Source of the DNA: an uncultured Acidimicrobiia bacterium | Lineage (GTDB): Bacteria > Acidobacteriota > Terriglobia > Versatilivoradales > Versatilivoraceae | NCBI GenBank assembly: GCA_963786955.1 | Contig: CAWBAT010000005.1 | Location: 1,440,001 to 1,504,000 of the forward strand | Direction: 5' to 3' | Length of the DNA stretch: 64,000 nucleotides | Part shown: positions 49,298 to 58,615 of the stretch, piece after piece | Position numbering within the stretch: position 1 is the stretch's first letter | How the letters are laid out: each line of letters opens with the position of its first letter | Position numbers and translations under genes: made by a program | The notes under the pieces: model-generated | Seen by the model: the letters and a program-made list of their open reading frames with translations, nothing else | What the model was told of the DNA's origin: nothing | Database searches by the model: none

Positions 49298-50385
49298 ATG
49301 AGTCCCTGTCAGGTACATTTTATGAAATCCATCCTAAGAATATCGTGTCTCTTGCAGCTCATTTTGTTCGCGACAACCAGTTACGCCAGACCGGATGAAC
49401 CCTTCGAGGAAATCGTTGTCTGGGTCAACAGCGATATCATTGCTCTAAGCGATTACAACAAAACCAAGGAACTACTTCGAAAGGAGTTGGAAAAATCTCT
49501 TAAGGGGCAAGAACTCGAAAGCGTTTACACAAGACAGGAGAAAGAAATCTTAAAATCGATGATCGATGATCAACTTCTGGTACAGAAAGCGAACGAGCTC
49601 GGGATCTCTGTGGATACTGAAGTCGTCAAATACCTCGACCGAATTCGGCGGGATTTCAATGTCGATAGCCTGGAAAATTTAGAAAAGATGATGGCTCAGC
49701 AAGGGATCGACCCAGCAGAGTTTAAGATGAACGCTAAGTCTCAGGCTTTGAAGCAGATGGTCCTAAGCCGGGAAGTTTATTCACACATCCAGATCAGTAC
49801 AGAAGAGATCAGCAAATATTATGAAGCCCATAAACAGGATTTTGATCGTCCGGAAGAAGTTCGTATTCGGGAGATCCTGATTACCACGGAGGGCAAGAAG
49901 GATTTTGATATGGGGGCCTTGCAAAAAAGAGCTCAAGAAGTATTGCAGAAAGCCAAAACGGGCGATAAGTTTGAAGAACTGGCTGTGAAATATTCAGACG
50001 GGCCAACCGCCAAGGAGGGGGGGAGCTGGGGTTTTTCCCAAAGGGGAAGATGGTGAAGGAGATTGAAGAGGTTGCCTTCACTCTCCGCCGGGGACAAGTG
50101 AGCGATATCATCAAAACAAAATATGGATTAGTCATTATCAAGGTCGAAGAAAAGCATGAAGCAGGGATTCAAAAGATGGACGTCGTGATGAACGAAATTA
50201 GGGACCGCCTCTTCAGCGAAAAAGCTCACCCTGCCATCCAAGCCTATCTGGTCAAGCTCCGCCAAAAGAGTTATATCCAGGTGAGGAGTGGTTTTGTCGA
50301 TGCTGGAGCCGTACCTTCGGCTCTCCAAGCGGATCTGCAAAGCGAGGACTCAGGCGATAAGGGAAAGAAGGGGAAGAATAAATGA
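49298..50385 (+). CDS. SurA/PrsA-like parvulin peptidyl-prolyl isomerase, split by a missing base in a G7 run at 50017-50023
   Basis: Signal peptide, SurA-N helical domain and VRIREILI...FEELAVKYSDG. Adding one G restores KEGGELGFFPKGKMVKEIEEVAF and joins ORFs 49298-50056 and 50050-50385. Confidence 0.85.
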
Positions 50386-50441
50386 GGCAGGGTCTGAAAG
50401 GGCAGGCAGTCGACAAAGAAGATCTGTCCAAAGAACCAAGG

Positions 50442-50717
50442 ATGCGTCTCGATCATTTTTTGAAAATCTCCCGCCTAGTCCACCGCCGGTCGCTGGCTCA
50501 GGAGATATGCGCCCATGGTGGAATCTGGATCAACGGGCACGTTGCAAAAGCTGCCAGATTAGTGAAGCTTGGGGACTTATTGAAGATTCAGCTTCGAGGG
50601 CGAATAGCCCAAATCCGGGTCGTAAAGATTCCCGAAACTCCATGTACAAAGCTTGAAGCCCCCACTTTGTACGAACAGGTTGAATCGCCACATGTCCAGC
50701 GATTCTCAAAACAGTAA
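50442..50717 (+). CDS. S4 RNA-binding domain protein (Hsp15/RqcP-like)
   Basis: MRLDHFLKISRLVHRRSLAQEIC...INGHVAKAARLVKLGD. Confidence 0.85.
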   Translation: MRLDHFLKISRLVHRRSLAQEICAHGGIWINGHVAKAARLVKLGDLLKIQLRGRIAQIRVVKIPETPCTKLEAPTLYEQVESPHVQRFSKQ

Positions 50718-52494
50718 GCCCGATTTTCATGGGAACGTGGTGCCGATCCGATCAGGTGAGGATGGCACTGAGACCGAACAAAAACTGGCTGCTGCCCGGC
50801 GGCTATTTAGCCTTCATGAATATCGTCTCTGTGAACAGGTTGTTCAGGAAGTTCTGGCCGTTGATCCCCACAATTCCAAGGCCAAAGCCCTTTTTGAATT
50901 AACTTCCATCAAACTCTCGAAGCGAAAGCTCTACAAGAAAATGGTGGATCCCAATCAACCCTCCAGGTTGCAGGAGCCCCACCCCCCGATAGAACCGCTT
51001 AGCTTTGATGTTGACAAGGACTCTCCACCGCGTGCGACGACTTCGAAACAGAACCCAGACCTTCGTGGTTTTACTCAGATTAGTCCTCCCAAAGGAAACC
51101 AACCTCCGTTGATTCGCTCAAGTCGCCCCCCCCTCCGGGTTCAACCGGAAGTGGCTAGTGAGAATCCGTTTGGTTCTCCCACGGACTCCATGCGAGAGCG
51201 GACCATTGCGGCGATGGTTGATCTTCTCAAAGACCGGAAAAAGGGACTTGGAGATTGGAAGGACCCGCGATTTGACCCAGAAACTCATGAATCTGCAGGC
51301 AAACAGGCCGAAGCACCGACTCCGCAGCTCGGGAAAGCAACCCTTTCCTCCCCCACATTACACGAACTCATTCCGGACCCATCAACCCGGCTAAGAATTA
51401 TTTCCGTTAAAGAAGAGATACCGGTTCCAAGTGCAAAGGTTCCTCAGAGTCGGCCGGGAGAGAGTTCAACTCTGCACGTGGATTTCCTACCGGGTTCCTT
51501 GGCGGATCTCTTCGAAACCACTGAGGACCTCTCTGCAGAGCCACTGACGAAGCCTGAAATGAAGGCCCACAGCAATGAAATAGCCCCCTTGCCAGTCCAT
51601 TCGGTTCCCGAAGAGCTGCAAGGCTCCCCGGCGAAACTCTTCGAAAACACGGGGAAACTTCACAATGAACCCGTGCAGGAGCATGAAACAACACTACAGC
51701 CCGTTGAGATGGCCCCGATATCCGTCCCACTGGTTCCTGATGAAAGCCCAGTGGCTCATCATGGAGAAAAGGCTTTGCTCTCTCCTCCCACGGCTCATCC
51801 CATGGTTCCAACCAAAGAAAAGGAGAATAGCCCAAAGACTGATGCAAGTCCCCAGGGGGGGACCCATTTGCTCAATGCCCAAGACTTGACGGCCCCTGCG
51901 CCTCCACCCCCCCAAGAGCGGAAACAACGGACAGTCCAATTGCCGGATGTCAATATCTTTGACCGAATTACCCCGACTCGCGAAACGCCGCCGCATGAAT
52001 TCATTGATCGGAAGCTCGAGCAGCGGTCCGAGGAAATCCACAACTCCGAGATCAAAGCGGTTTCGATTGCCCAAATCAAGAAGTACCTTTATCAAGAACA
52101 ATATGATCTTTGCTCCCAGGAATTGGAGAGAATCCGTGGATTATTTCCGCGGAACTCAGAAATTCAAGCATTCGTCGAAAATACCTGGCGACGGCTGGTT
52201 GATCTAAAAGCAATGAAGAACTTCGAAGGCCAGGCCAAGGAACTCATGCGTTCAGCGGTATCCTCTTATCAAGAGGGAAAATTCACCGCAGCGCTAGCAG
52301 CCGCCCAACAAGTTTTGCAAGTGAATCCAAATCATGCCCAAGCCCGTGAATTTGTCGAATTCGTCCAACGACGGATTGACCCGGAACGGAAGAAAGAACT
52401 CGAAGCACTTCTCGAAAGATATTGTAAGACCTGCGGAACGGGTGTCGATTCCTCCAGCCAATTTTGTCATCACTGTGGCAAGCGACTGTTTTGA
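50692..52494 (+). CDS. Hypothetical protein: N-terminal TPR-like helices, long Pro-rich disordered linker, C-terminal TPR-like helices and zinc ribbon
   Basis: VLAVDPHNSKAK and VLQVNPNHAQAR TPR-like motifs, about 350 aa of P/S/E-rich sequence, terminal CKTCG-x8-CHHCG. Confidence 0.75.
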   Translation: MSSDSQNSKPDFHGNVVPIRSGEDGTETEQKLAAARRLFSLHEYRLCEQVVQEVLAVDPHNSKAKALFELTSIKLSKRKLYKKMVDPNQPSRLQEPHPPIEPLSFDVDKDSPPRATTSKQNPDLRGFTQISPPKGNQPPLIRSSRPPLRVQPEVASENPFGSPTDSMRERTIAAMVDLLKDRKKGLGDWKDPRFDPETHESAGKQAEAPTPQLGKATLSSPTLHELIPDPSTRLRIISVKEEIPVPSAKVPQSRPGESSTLHVDFLPGSLADLFETTEDLSAEPLTKPEMKAHSNEIAPLPVHSVPEELQGSPAKLFENTGKLHNEPVQEHETTLQPVEMAPISVPLVPDESPVAHHGEKALLSPPTAHPMVPTKEKENSPKTDASPQGGTHLLNAQDLTAPAPPPPQERKQRTVQLPDVNIFDRITPTRETPPHEFIDRKLEQRSEEIHNSEIKAVSIAQIKKYLYQEQYDLCSQELERIRGLFPRNSEIQAFVENTWRRLVDLKAMKNFEGQAKELMRSAVSSYQEGKFTAALAAAQQVLQVNPNHAQAREFVEFVQRRIDPERKKELEALLERYCKTCGTGVDSSSQFCHHCGKRLF

Positions 52495-52620
52495 GGAAAT
52501 GGGGAGAGGCTAACCCAGAGTTCCGCCTTAGCTAGTGACAACAATTCCGTATCCCCGGTGGATGCTGTTTTGGCCGACGCTCGGAGATGACACCCACGTT
52601 CTTGGGGGGCACTGTGAATG

Positions 52621-53547
52621 TCAGGATTTTCTTTTTTGGAGAGTTCTGTCTTTCCTAGATCGTGCCCTGGGCTGGCATTGCGGGCAGCAATGAGTGGATC
52701 GTTGGCTCACAATAATGCGCAGGATCTCCGACCGACAGCGTCGACACTCTTCCTGCTCGCGGCCATAAACATTGAGATATTCCTGGTTACTTCCAGCCTC
52801 CCCCTCGGCGTTGAGGTAGCTTTGAATACTCGTCCCGCCATAATGAATTCCACGACGTAACACAATGGGGATTGCTTTAAAGAGCCTCTTTTTCTCATCC
52901 GTGCTGAGTGAATCGGCGCGGCGCTCTGGATGAATTTCGGCTTCAAAGAGGGCCTCGTCGGCATAGATATTGCCTACTCCCGCAACAAAACGTTGATCCA
53001 AGAGTAGAGATTTGATTCTTAACTTGCGACCCTTGAATTGAGCTAGAAAATGTTTCCACTCGTATTCGAGAGTGAACGGTTCTAGGCCCAGTTTCCAAAA
53101 TTCCTGAGCCAGATGAAAATCCGGCTTCGGATAGAGACGCCATTTTCCAAATTGCCGAATATCCCGATAATGCAATGCGTTTCCGTCGGTAAAATAGATA
53201 CTGACGTGAGTGTGTTTGTCGACGATGTGCTGCCGGGCCTGTTGCAGACCGGTCAAGGGATTGATCAAAAAGTGTTCGTCGTCTTTTCGATTTTTGTCCC
53301 AGTAGGTCATTTGGCCCGACATACCAAGGTGGACCAGCAAGATGAACTGACGCGTTTCAAAAACCAAAAATTTTCCGCGGCGACGGATCTCCTGGATGGT
53401 CTCCCCCACAAGAGACTCTGCGAGTTGCTTCGCGTTTGGCCGCAGAATGATTCGGCGGCAACGGACTTCCACTCGTTCAATGGTCTTATGAAGGGCCTTG
53501 GTTGCTAGGCCCCGACGAATCGTCTCCACTTCAGGCAACTCAGGCAT
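52621..53547 (-). CDS. mutM: Formamidopyrimidine-DNA glycosylase
   Basis: MPELPEVE, RRGK, HLGMSG, DIRQFG, AGVGNIYADE and zinc finger CRRC...CPQCQ. Confidence 0.96.
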   Translation of the reverse strand: MPELPEVETIRRGLATKALHKTIERVEVRCRRIILRPNAKQLAESLVGETIQEIRRRGKFLVFETRQFILLVHLGMSGQMTYWDKNRKDDEHFLINPLTGLQQARQHIVDKHTHVSIYFTDGNALHYRDIRQFGKWRLYPKPDFHLAQEFWKLGLEPFTLEYEWKHFLAQFKGRKLRIKSLLLDQRFVAGVGNIYADEALFEAEIHPERRADSLSTDEKKRLFKAIPIVLRRGIHYGGTSIQSYLNAEGEAGSNQEYLNVYGREQEECRRCRSEILRIIVSQRSTHCCPQCQPRARSRKDRTLQKRKS

Positions 53548-53559
53548 ACGGTCTGCTTC

Positions 53560-54945
53560 TCACTGCTGATAATGGGAAAGGACAAACTCCTCGGCCTCTT
53601 TTGGGGTCCGAATTCGATTCTCCAGTAAAGCATCTTCTACCGATTTTAAAATTTTCTTAAAAACGGGACCGGGCACATAGCCTAGGCGAATCAAGTCTTC
53701 CCCTGAAAGGAGTGATTTCGGCCGGATTTCCTCCGGGCTGAATTCCGCCATCTTTTCTTTCGCGAATTGCCAGGCTTCGAGGCGACGATGACTTCCTAAA
53801 CAGTCCAGCCTGTGAAGTTCCAAGTGCTCTTCAAAGCCTTCCTGGCGCAAGAAGCGTTTCAAGGTTGAGGCCCGCATCTGCGGCAGATCTTTGAATTTCA
53901 GATGATCCCGAACCAGTTCAGTAATCCTGAGGCTCTGTTTAGTCGTGAAACGAAGCCGCTCACAGAGGCTTGCGGCCATCCGGGCACCTACCTCCGGGTG
54001 GTTATTAAAGCGAATCCGGTCGCTCCGCTCAAAGGTTGGGGGTTTGCCGATATCATGAAGCAAAACCCCTAAGGCCAAGGTGGGGGAAGGGTAACGCCTC
54101 CAACCCGCGGAGCCAGCTACCGGCTGAGTCTGTTCGAGATCCCCTATGGGGATGGCCTTTCCCTCCCGAACCCTTTGATCCATAATCTCGAGCATGAGCA
54201 GGGTGTGAGTCCAGACATCACCCTCGGGATGAAACTCGGGAGGTTGGGCCACTCCATGCAAATCGGTGACTTCCGGAAGAATGATTCGAAGTAAACCACA
54301 AGAATCCATCAATGAGATTCCTCGAGCCGCGTATCCCTGAGTCAGAAGTTTTATGAGTTCATCCCGGACCCTTTCCCGACTCACCTGGTTGATCGTCTCG
54401 GCAAGTTGATGAATTGCTTCCCGGGTGAAATTTTCAAGCCGAAAGTCGAAACGCGCGGAAAATCGCACGGCACGGACGAGTCGAAGTTTGTCCTCGCGGA
54501 ATCGTCGCTCGGGACTCCCAATCGTTCGAATCAGTCGCGATTGGATATCGGACTGCCCGTCCACGTAATCGAGGACAGTGCCCTCTAGAGGATCATAAAG
54601 GAGACCGTTGATCGTGAAATCTCTTCGCTCCACATCTTGGCGCGGATCAGTGGTATACGTCACCCGGTCCGGACGCCGACCATCGCTATAAGTCCCCTCC
54701 GAACGAAAGGTGGCCACTTCATAGAAGTGGTCTCCCTGCGGGACGATCACCACCCCGAATTGAGCACCCACCGTGAGGCTTCGAGGAAACAATTGGATGA
54801 GCGCATCTGGAGTCGCGCTGGTGGCGATGTCGTAGTCGGTTGGCGTATGACCCATGACTAAGTCTCGGACACACCCCCCCACCCAGTAAGCGAGGTATCC
54901 CGCTTGGCGCAATCGTTTCACAATTTCTACTGCCGCATGGTCCAT
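53560..54945 (-). CDS. cca: Class II tRNA nucleotidyltransferase (CCA-adding type) with HD domain
   Basis: GGCVRD, DYD, RRDFTIN, EDKLR, ERVRDEL, HPEGDVWTH and LLHDIGKP. Lacks the poly(A) polymerase signature. Confidence 0.88.
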   Translation of the reverse strand: MDHAAVEIVKRLRQAGYLAYWVGGCVRDLVMGHTPTDYDIATSATPDALIQLFPRSLTVGAQFGVVIVPQGDHFYEVATFRSEGTYSDGRRPDRVTYTTDPRQDVERRDFTINGLLYDPLEGTVLDYVDGQSDIQSRLIRTIGSPERRFREDKLRLVRAVRFSARFDFRLENFTREAIHQLAETINQVSRERVRDELIKLLTQGYAARGISLMDSCGLLRIILPEVTDLHGVAQPPEFHPEGDVWTHTLLMLEIMDQRVREGKAIPIGDLEQTQPVAGSAGWRRYPSPTLALGVLLHDIGKPPTFERSDRIRFNNHPEVGARMAASLCERLRFTTKQSLRITELVRDHLKFKDLPQMRASTLKRFLRQEGFEEHLELHRLDCLGSHRRLEAWQFAKEKMAEFSPEEIRPKSLLSGEDLIRLGYVPGPVFKKILKSVEDALLENRIRTPKEAEEFVLSHYQQ

Positions 54946-54951
54946 GGACTG

Positions 54952-56121
54952 TTATTTTACCGTCCGCGCAGATGTGATGGAATCAAAACCAAAACGATCG
55001 CGCACTTTGTCGGCTGCCTCATAGAGGCGCAACATTTTGTCCCGGTGCTTCTGAGTGAAGAGAGCTTCCTGTCCCGCGCCAAATTCAAGTCGGGTCAGCG
55101 CCACTCCGAGCAGGCGGACCTCAGTGTTTGGATCCCAGTGTTGCTGAAGAAGTTGAAGAACTGCGTGCAGGATTTCCTCATCCAGTTGGGTTGACTCTTC
55201 CAGAGTAATAGCCCTCGTCCTGGTCTTGAAGTCCCGATCCCTAATCTTCAGAGTGACAGCCCCGGCATACATCCCATGCTCACGCAGACGATGCGCGCTT
55301 TTTTGAACCAGGGTCGCGATAATTTTCTGTATCGCCTCCGGGTTACGGGTGTCTTTATCGAAGGTGTGCTCGTGGCTGATAGACTGAGGTTCTTCGTGAA
55401 ACTCAAAGTGGGGTGTATCGAGTCCAACGGATTTCGAATATAAGGAGTCTCCCCAATGGCCGAAAATCTCTGAAAGAGCTTCCTGCCCGAGTTCAGTCAG
55501 TTGCGCCACTCGCACGATCCCCAGTTCTTTAAGCTTTTGCTCGGTCACCTTTCCGACACCAGGCAATTTTCCTACTGGCAAGGGACCTAGGAAAGCAGCT
55601 TCTGAGCCGGGAAAGACCTGCAGGATACCTCCAGGTTTTGCCAGATCCGAAGCCACTTTTGAAACCAGCTTGGTGGCAGCCATACCAATGGATCCGCTGA
55701 GGCCTGTCTCTCTTAGTAAATGCTGGCGGATGCGATTTGCCAGAAACTGTGGATGGCCGTAAAGTCTTTGAAAACCGGTAAAATCTAAGTAGGCTTCGTC
55801 AATGGAAACCATTTCTACAACGGGACTGTAAGTCTCCAAGATGCTTCGAACTTTCTTCGAGTAATCGGCATAAGTTCCGCGTCTTCCTGGAAGGAAAATA
55901 GCCTGAGGACAGAGTTTTTTTGCCGTCACTAAAGGCATGGCTGAATGCACTCCAAATTTTCTTGCCTCGTAAGACGCGGCACAGACAACCCCTCGCTGGT
56001 CCGGCATGCCTCCGACGACCACGGCTTTCCCCTTTAGACTCGGATCAAAAAGCTCCTCGACTGAGACGAAAAATGCATCCATGTCCACGTGAAAGATGAT
56101 TTTGTTTTTGCCTTCGTTCAT
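54952..56121 (-). CDS. dinB: DNA polymerase IV
   Basis: HVDMDAFF, ASYEAR, SIDEAY, SKVASDLAKP and VRLLGV. Confidence 0.96.
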   Translation of the reverse strand: MNEGKNKIIFHVDMDAFFVSVEELFDPSLKGKAVVVGGMPDQRGVVCAASYEARKFGVHSAMPLVTAKKLCPQAIFLPGRRGTYADYSKKVRSILETYSPVVEMVSIDEAYLDFTGFQRLYGHPQFLANRIRQHLLRETGLSGSIGMAATKLVSKVASDLAKPGGILQVFPGSEAAFLGPLPVGKLPGVGKVTEQKLKELGIVRVAQLTELGQEALSEIFGHWGDSLYSKSVGLDTPHFEFHEEPQSISHEHTFDKDTRNPEAIQKIIATLVQKSAHRLREHGMYAGAVTLKIRDRDFKTRTRAITLEESTQLDEEILHAVLQLLQQHWDPNTEVRLLGVALTRLEFGAGQEALFTQKHRDKMLRLYEAADKVRDRFGFDSITSARTVK

Positions 56122-56145
56122 TTTAATCGCGTGTTTTGAATGCCT

Positions 56146-56826
56146 TCAGTATTTTCGCAGAACTGCAATGACGCGGCCCTGGATCTTCAAGTTCTTCTCA
56201 GGAACGTAAAATGGCTGCATGGAGGTGTTGGCAGGTTGCAATCGAATGAGCCCCCCCTTCTCCCGAAAATACTTTTTCAATGTGGCCTCGCCGTTTTCCA
56301 GCAACGCGACCACTGTGTCTCCAGGGTTCGGGACAGGGAATTTCTCAACAACCACAAAATCTCCATTGCAAATGTGCTCGTCGATCATGGAATCCCCTTT
56401 CACCTGCAGCACAAACACCTTCTCACTTTTGGCAAACTCTTTCAAGGAAAGGGTCTCTTCGTTGGGGACTGCCTCCAATGGCTTGCCCGCTGCGATTCGG
56501 CCAAGAAATGGCAATAACACATCTGGCTCCTCATCAGCAGAAAAATGCATGCCCTCCCTTGAGAGTGCCAGCGAAATCGGGCGCTGGATCTTCACAATCT
56601 CGATCGATCGACTCCGATTCGGTCCGCGGTGGATGTAACCCTTCCTTTCCAGCGCACAAATGTGCTTGTGTACCGTTGCCGCGGAAGAGAGTCCTAGATA
56701 CTTTCCGATCTCCTCAAAACTGGGGCAATAGCCTTCGTTTTGGAGGAATGAATGGAGGAAGGAAAGGACCTGATATTGTTTTTTCGTCAAGACTGCCTGT
56801 CGACGTCCGCTTGCGACACCACTCAT
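56146..56826 (-). CDS. lexA: SOS repressor LexA
   Basis: Winged HTH (PSFEEIG, TVHKH, RSI), IAAG cleavage site, KGDSM Ser and ATLKK Lys. Confidence 0.96.
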   Translation of the reverse strand: MSGVASGRRQAVLTKKQYQVLSFLHSFLQNEGYCPSFEEIGKYLGLSSAATVHKHICALERKGYIHRGPNRSRSIEIVKIQRPISLALSREGMHFSADEEPDVLLPFLGRIAAGKPLEAVPNEETLSLKEFAKSEKVFVLQVKGDSMIDEHICNGDFVVVEKFPVPNPGDTVVALLENGEATLKKYFREKGGLIRLQPANTSMQPFYVPEKNLKIQGRVIAVLRKY

Positions 56827-56858
56827 CTTCCCCCCCTTCGGAGAATGTCTTGCTCGGA

Positions 56859-56864
56859 ATTATA
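56859..56864 (-). promoter_or_regulatory. Probable -10 element (TATAAT) of the lexA operon
   Basis: Perfect TATAAT on the minus strand 33 bp upstream of the lexA ATG. No clear -35. Confidence 0.45.
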
Positions 56865-56989
56865 AGCTAATTCAATTCCAAACATGCGAAGATACAAAAG
56901 CATTTCAGTTCGATCGGGTGGGCTTGATTCGGAAGACTCCGCGATTAGAGCATTCGGGTGCTTTACTGAGCTTGATTTGAGGGCCTGCC

Positions 56990-57445
56990 ATGGACCGTAC
57001 CTATCCTTCTGCTCCTGTGTGTGCCGTGGGAGGGATTATTTTCAGAGGGAATCAAGTTCTGCTGGTCAAACGAGGCCAGGCACCGGCAGAAGGGAAGTGG
57101 TCGATCCCAGGGGGTGTTGTGCACCTCGGTGAAACGCTTGAGGGGGCAGTCCAAAGAGAATTATTCGAGGAACTGCAGGTGTTTGTTCACCCCGTTCGAA
57201 TCGGAAAGGTCTTAGAGCGCATTTTTAGAGACTCCCTCGGTAAAATCTTATTTCACTACGTCATTATCGATTACGTCTGTGAAATCCTTTCCGGAGTAGT
57301 GCAGCCTGGGTCTGATGCCGCAGCTGCAGGCTACTTCGATATCGGCCTTCTCGAAAGTTTGGACATGACAGAGGGAACCGCCGAAATCATTAGGGAAATC
57401 TTTTACGGGACTAGGAACCCGACGAACGGTGCCGAGTTGGGTTGA
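56990..57445 (+). CDS. Nudix hydrolase
   Basis: WSIPGG and Nudix box GVVHLGETLEGAVQRELFEEL. Confidence 0.92.
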   Translation: MDRTYPSAPVCAVGGIIFRGNQVLLVKRGQAPAEGKWSIPGGVVHLGETLEGAVQRELFEELQVFVHPVRIGKVLERIFRDSLGKILFHYVIIDYVCEILSGVVQPGSDAAAAGYFDIGLLESLDMTEGTAEIIREIFYGTRNPTNGAELG

Positions 57446-57496
57446 TTGATGGGGCCGATCTTGCCTTCCGAGCGGTGTATAATTATTTTTCAGGGT

Positions 57497-58615
57497 CTAA
57501 TCCCCGGCCATTCTTCGGTAGGTCTCCAATATGAGTTGGGCGGACTTTGACCAGGAGTATTTGCGGGACTGTTGGAAACCTTTTTCGATCAGGTCTGCCC
57601 GAAGCTGGGAGTCAAAGAGCAGGTGCTTGATCCCCTTGCAGATTTCAAACACATTTTCAGGGTTCACTAAAAGGGCGGCATCTTCGACGACTTCCGGTAG
57701 AGAGGAGACGTTGGATGTCAACACCGGAGTGCCATTGGACATGGCTTCCAGCGGCGGCAAGCCAAACCCCTCGTACAACGAAGGGAAAACAAAAACCGCT
57801 GCGGATTTGTAGAAGACACGCAAGGTTTCGTAGGGGACAAAGCCAAAAAAACGCACATCATGCTGCACTCCGCTGCGGATGACCGTTCGTCGCAGGATCT
57901 GGCGTTTCGAAAGCTCGTCTCCGATAATGACCAGTTTCAAATTCTTCCAGCGGGCATCTTCTTTTAATTCTCCCTTAAGGACGGAGAAAGCTTCGATTAA
58001 ACGTTCCAGATTTTTGTGAGGTTTGATATTGCCTGCATAGAGCAAAAAAGGGTCGTGGACCTGATAGCGTTCCAGGACCTTCTTCTGTTCCTCCGGGTCA
58101 TTAGTCAGAATGGCCCGTTCGTCGATGGCATTGTAGACGACACTGATTTTCTCTTCGGGGACTGCAAAGAGGCGAATCAGATCTCTTTGGCTGGATTCCG
58201 AGACCGTAAACACGTGACAACTGCGATTAATGGCCCTCCGTGTTGCCTTCTTGGCGCTCCGGGAACCTTCTTTGGAACTAGGGAAAAGAATATGAACGCA
58301 ATCATGAATGGTAATAATGGACTTACAAAACAGAAATAAGGGAGGATCGTAATGTGGCGTATGCAAGATCTGAACCCGATTTTTCCTGAGCAACACGGGC
58401 AGCAGGACTTCATTCCAGAAATATTTTTGTGGGGTGGGAGCCAAAATCAAGGAAAAATTTGGAGGCAAAGGCCCGAGTTCCGCCACGTCCCGAGATTGCC
58501 CAACCAGGAAATAAGGATTCTCTCGATCCAGCTTGGCGAGATTCAACAGCAGATTCCGGATGTACGTCCCAATTCCGAAATCGTTAAGTTTGCGAATATC
58601 GAGTGCAACTCTCAT
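57497..58615 (-). CDS. Glycosyltransferase family 4 (GT-B)
   Basis: GIGTYI, TIHD, KPHKN and PSLYEGFGLPPLEAM. Confidence 0.93.
   Translation of the reverse strand: MRVALDIRKLNDFGIGTYIRNLLLNLAKLDRENPYFLVGQSRDVAELGPLPPNFSLILAPTPQKYFWNEVLLPVLLRKNRVQILHTPHYDPPLFLFCKSIITIHDCVHILFPSSKEGSRSAKKATRRAINRSCHVFTVSESSQRDLIRLFAVPEEKISVVYNAIDERAILTNDPEEQKKVLERYQVHDPFLLYAGNIKPHKNLERLIEAFSVLKGELKEDARWKNLKLVIIGDELSKRQILRRTVIRSGVQHDVRFFGFVPYETLRVFYKSAAVFVFPSLYEGFGLPPLEAMSNGTPVLTSNVSSLPEVVEDAALLVNPENVFEICKGIKHLLFDSQLRADLIEKGFQQSRKYSWSKSAQLILETYRRMAGD

Noticed and set aside
56827-56989. Canonical SOS box upstream of lexA
   Set aside because: No convincing CTGT-N8-ACAG, GAAC-N4-GTTC or GTTC-N7-GTTC match. The operator remains unidentified.
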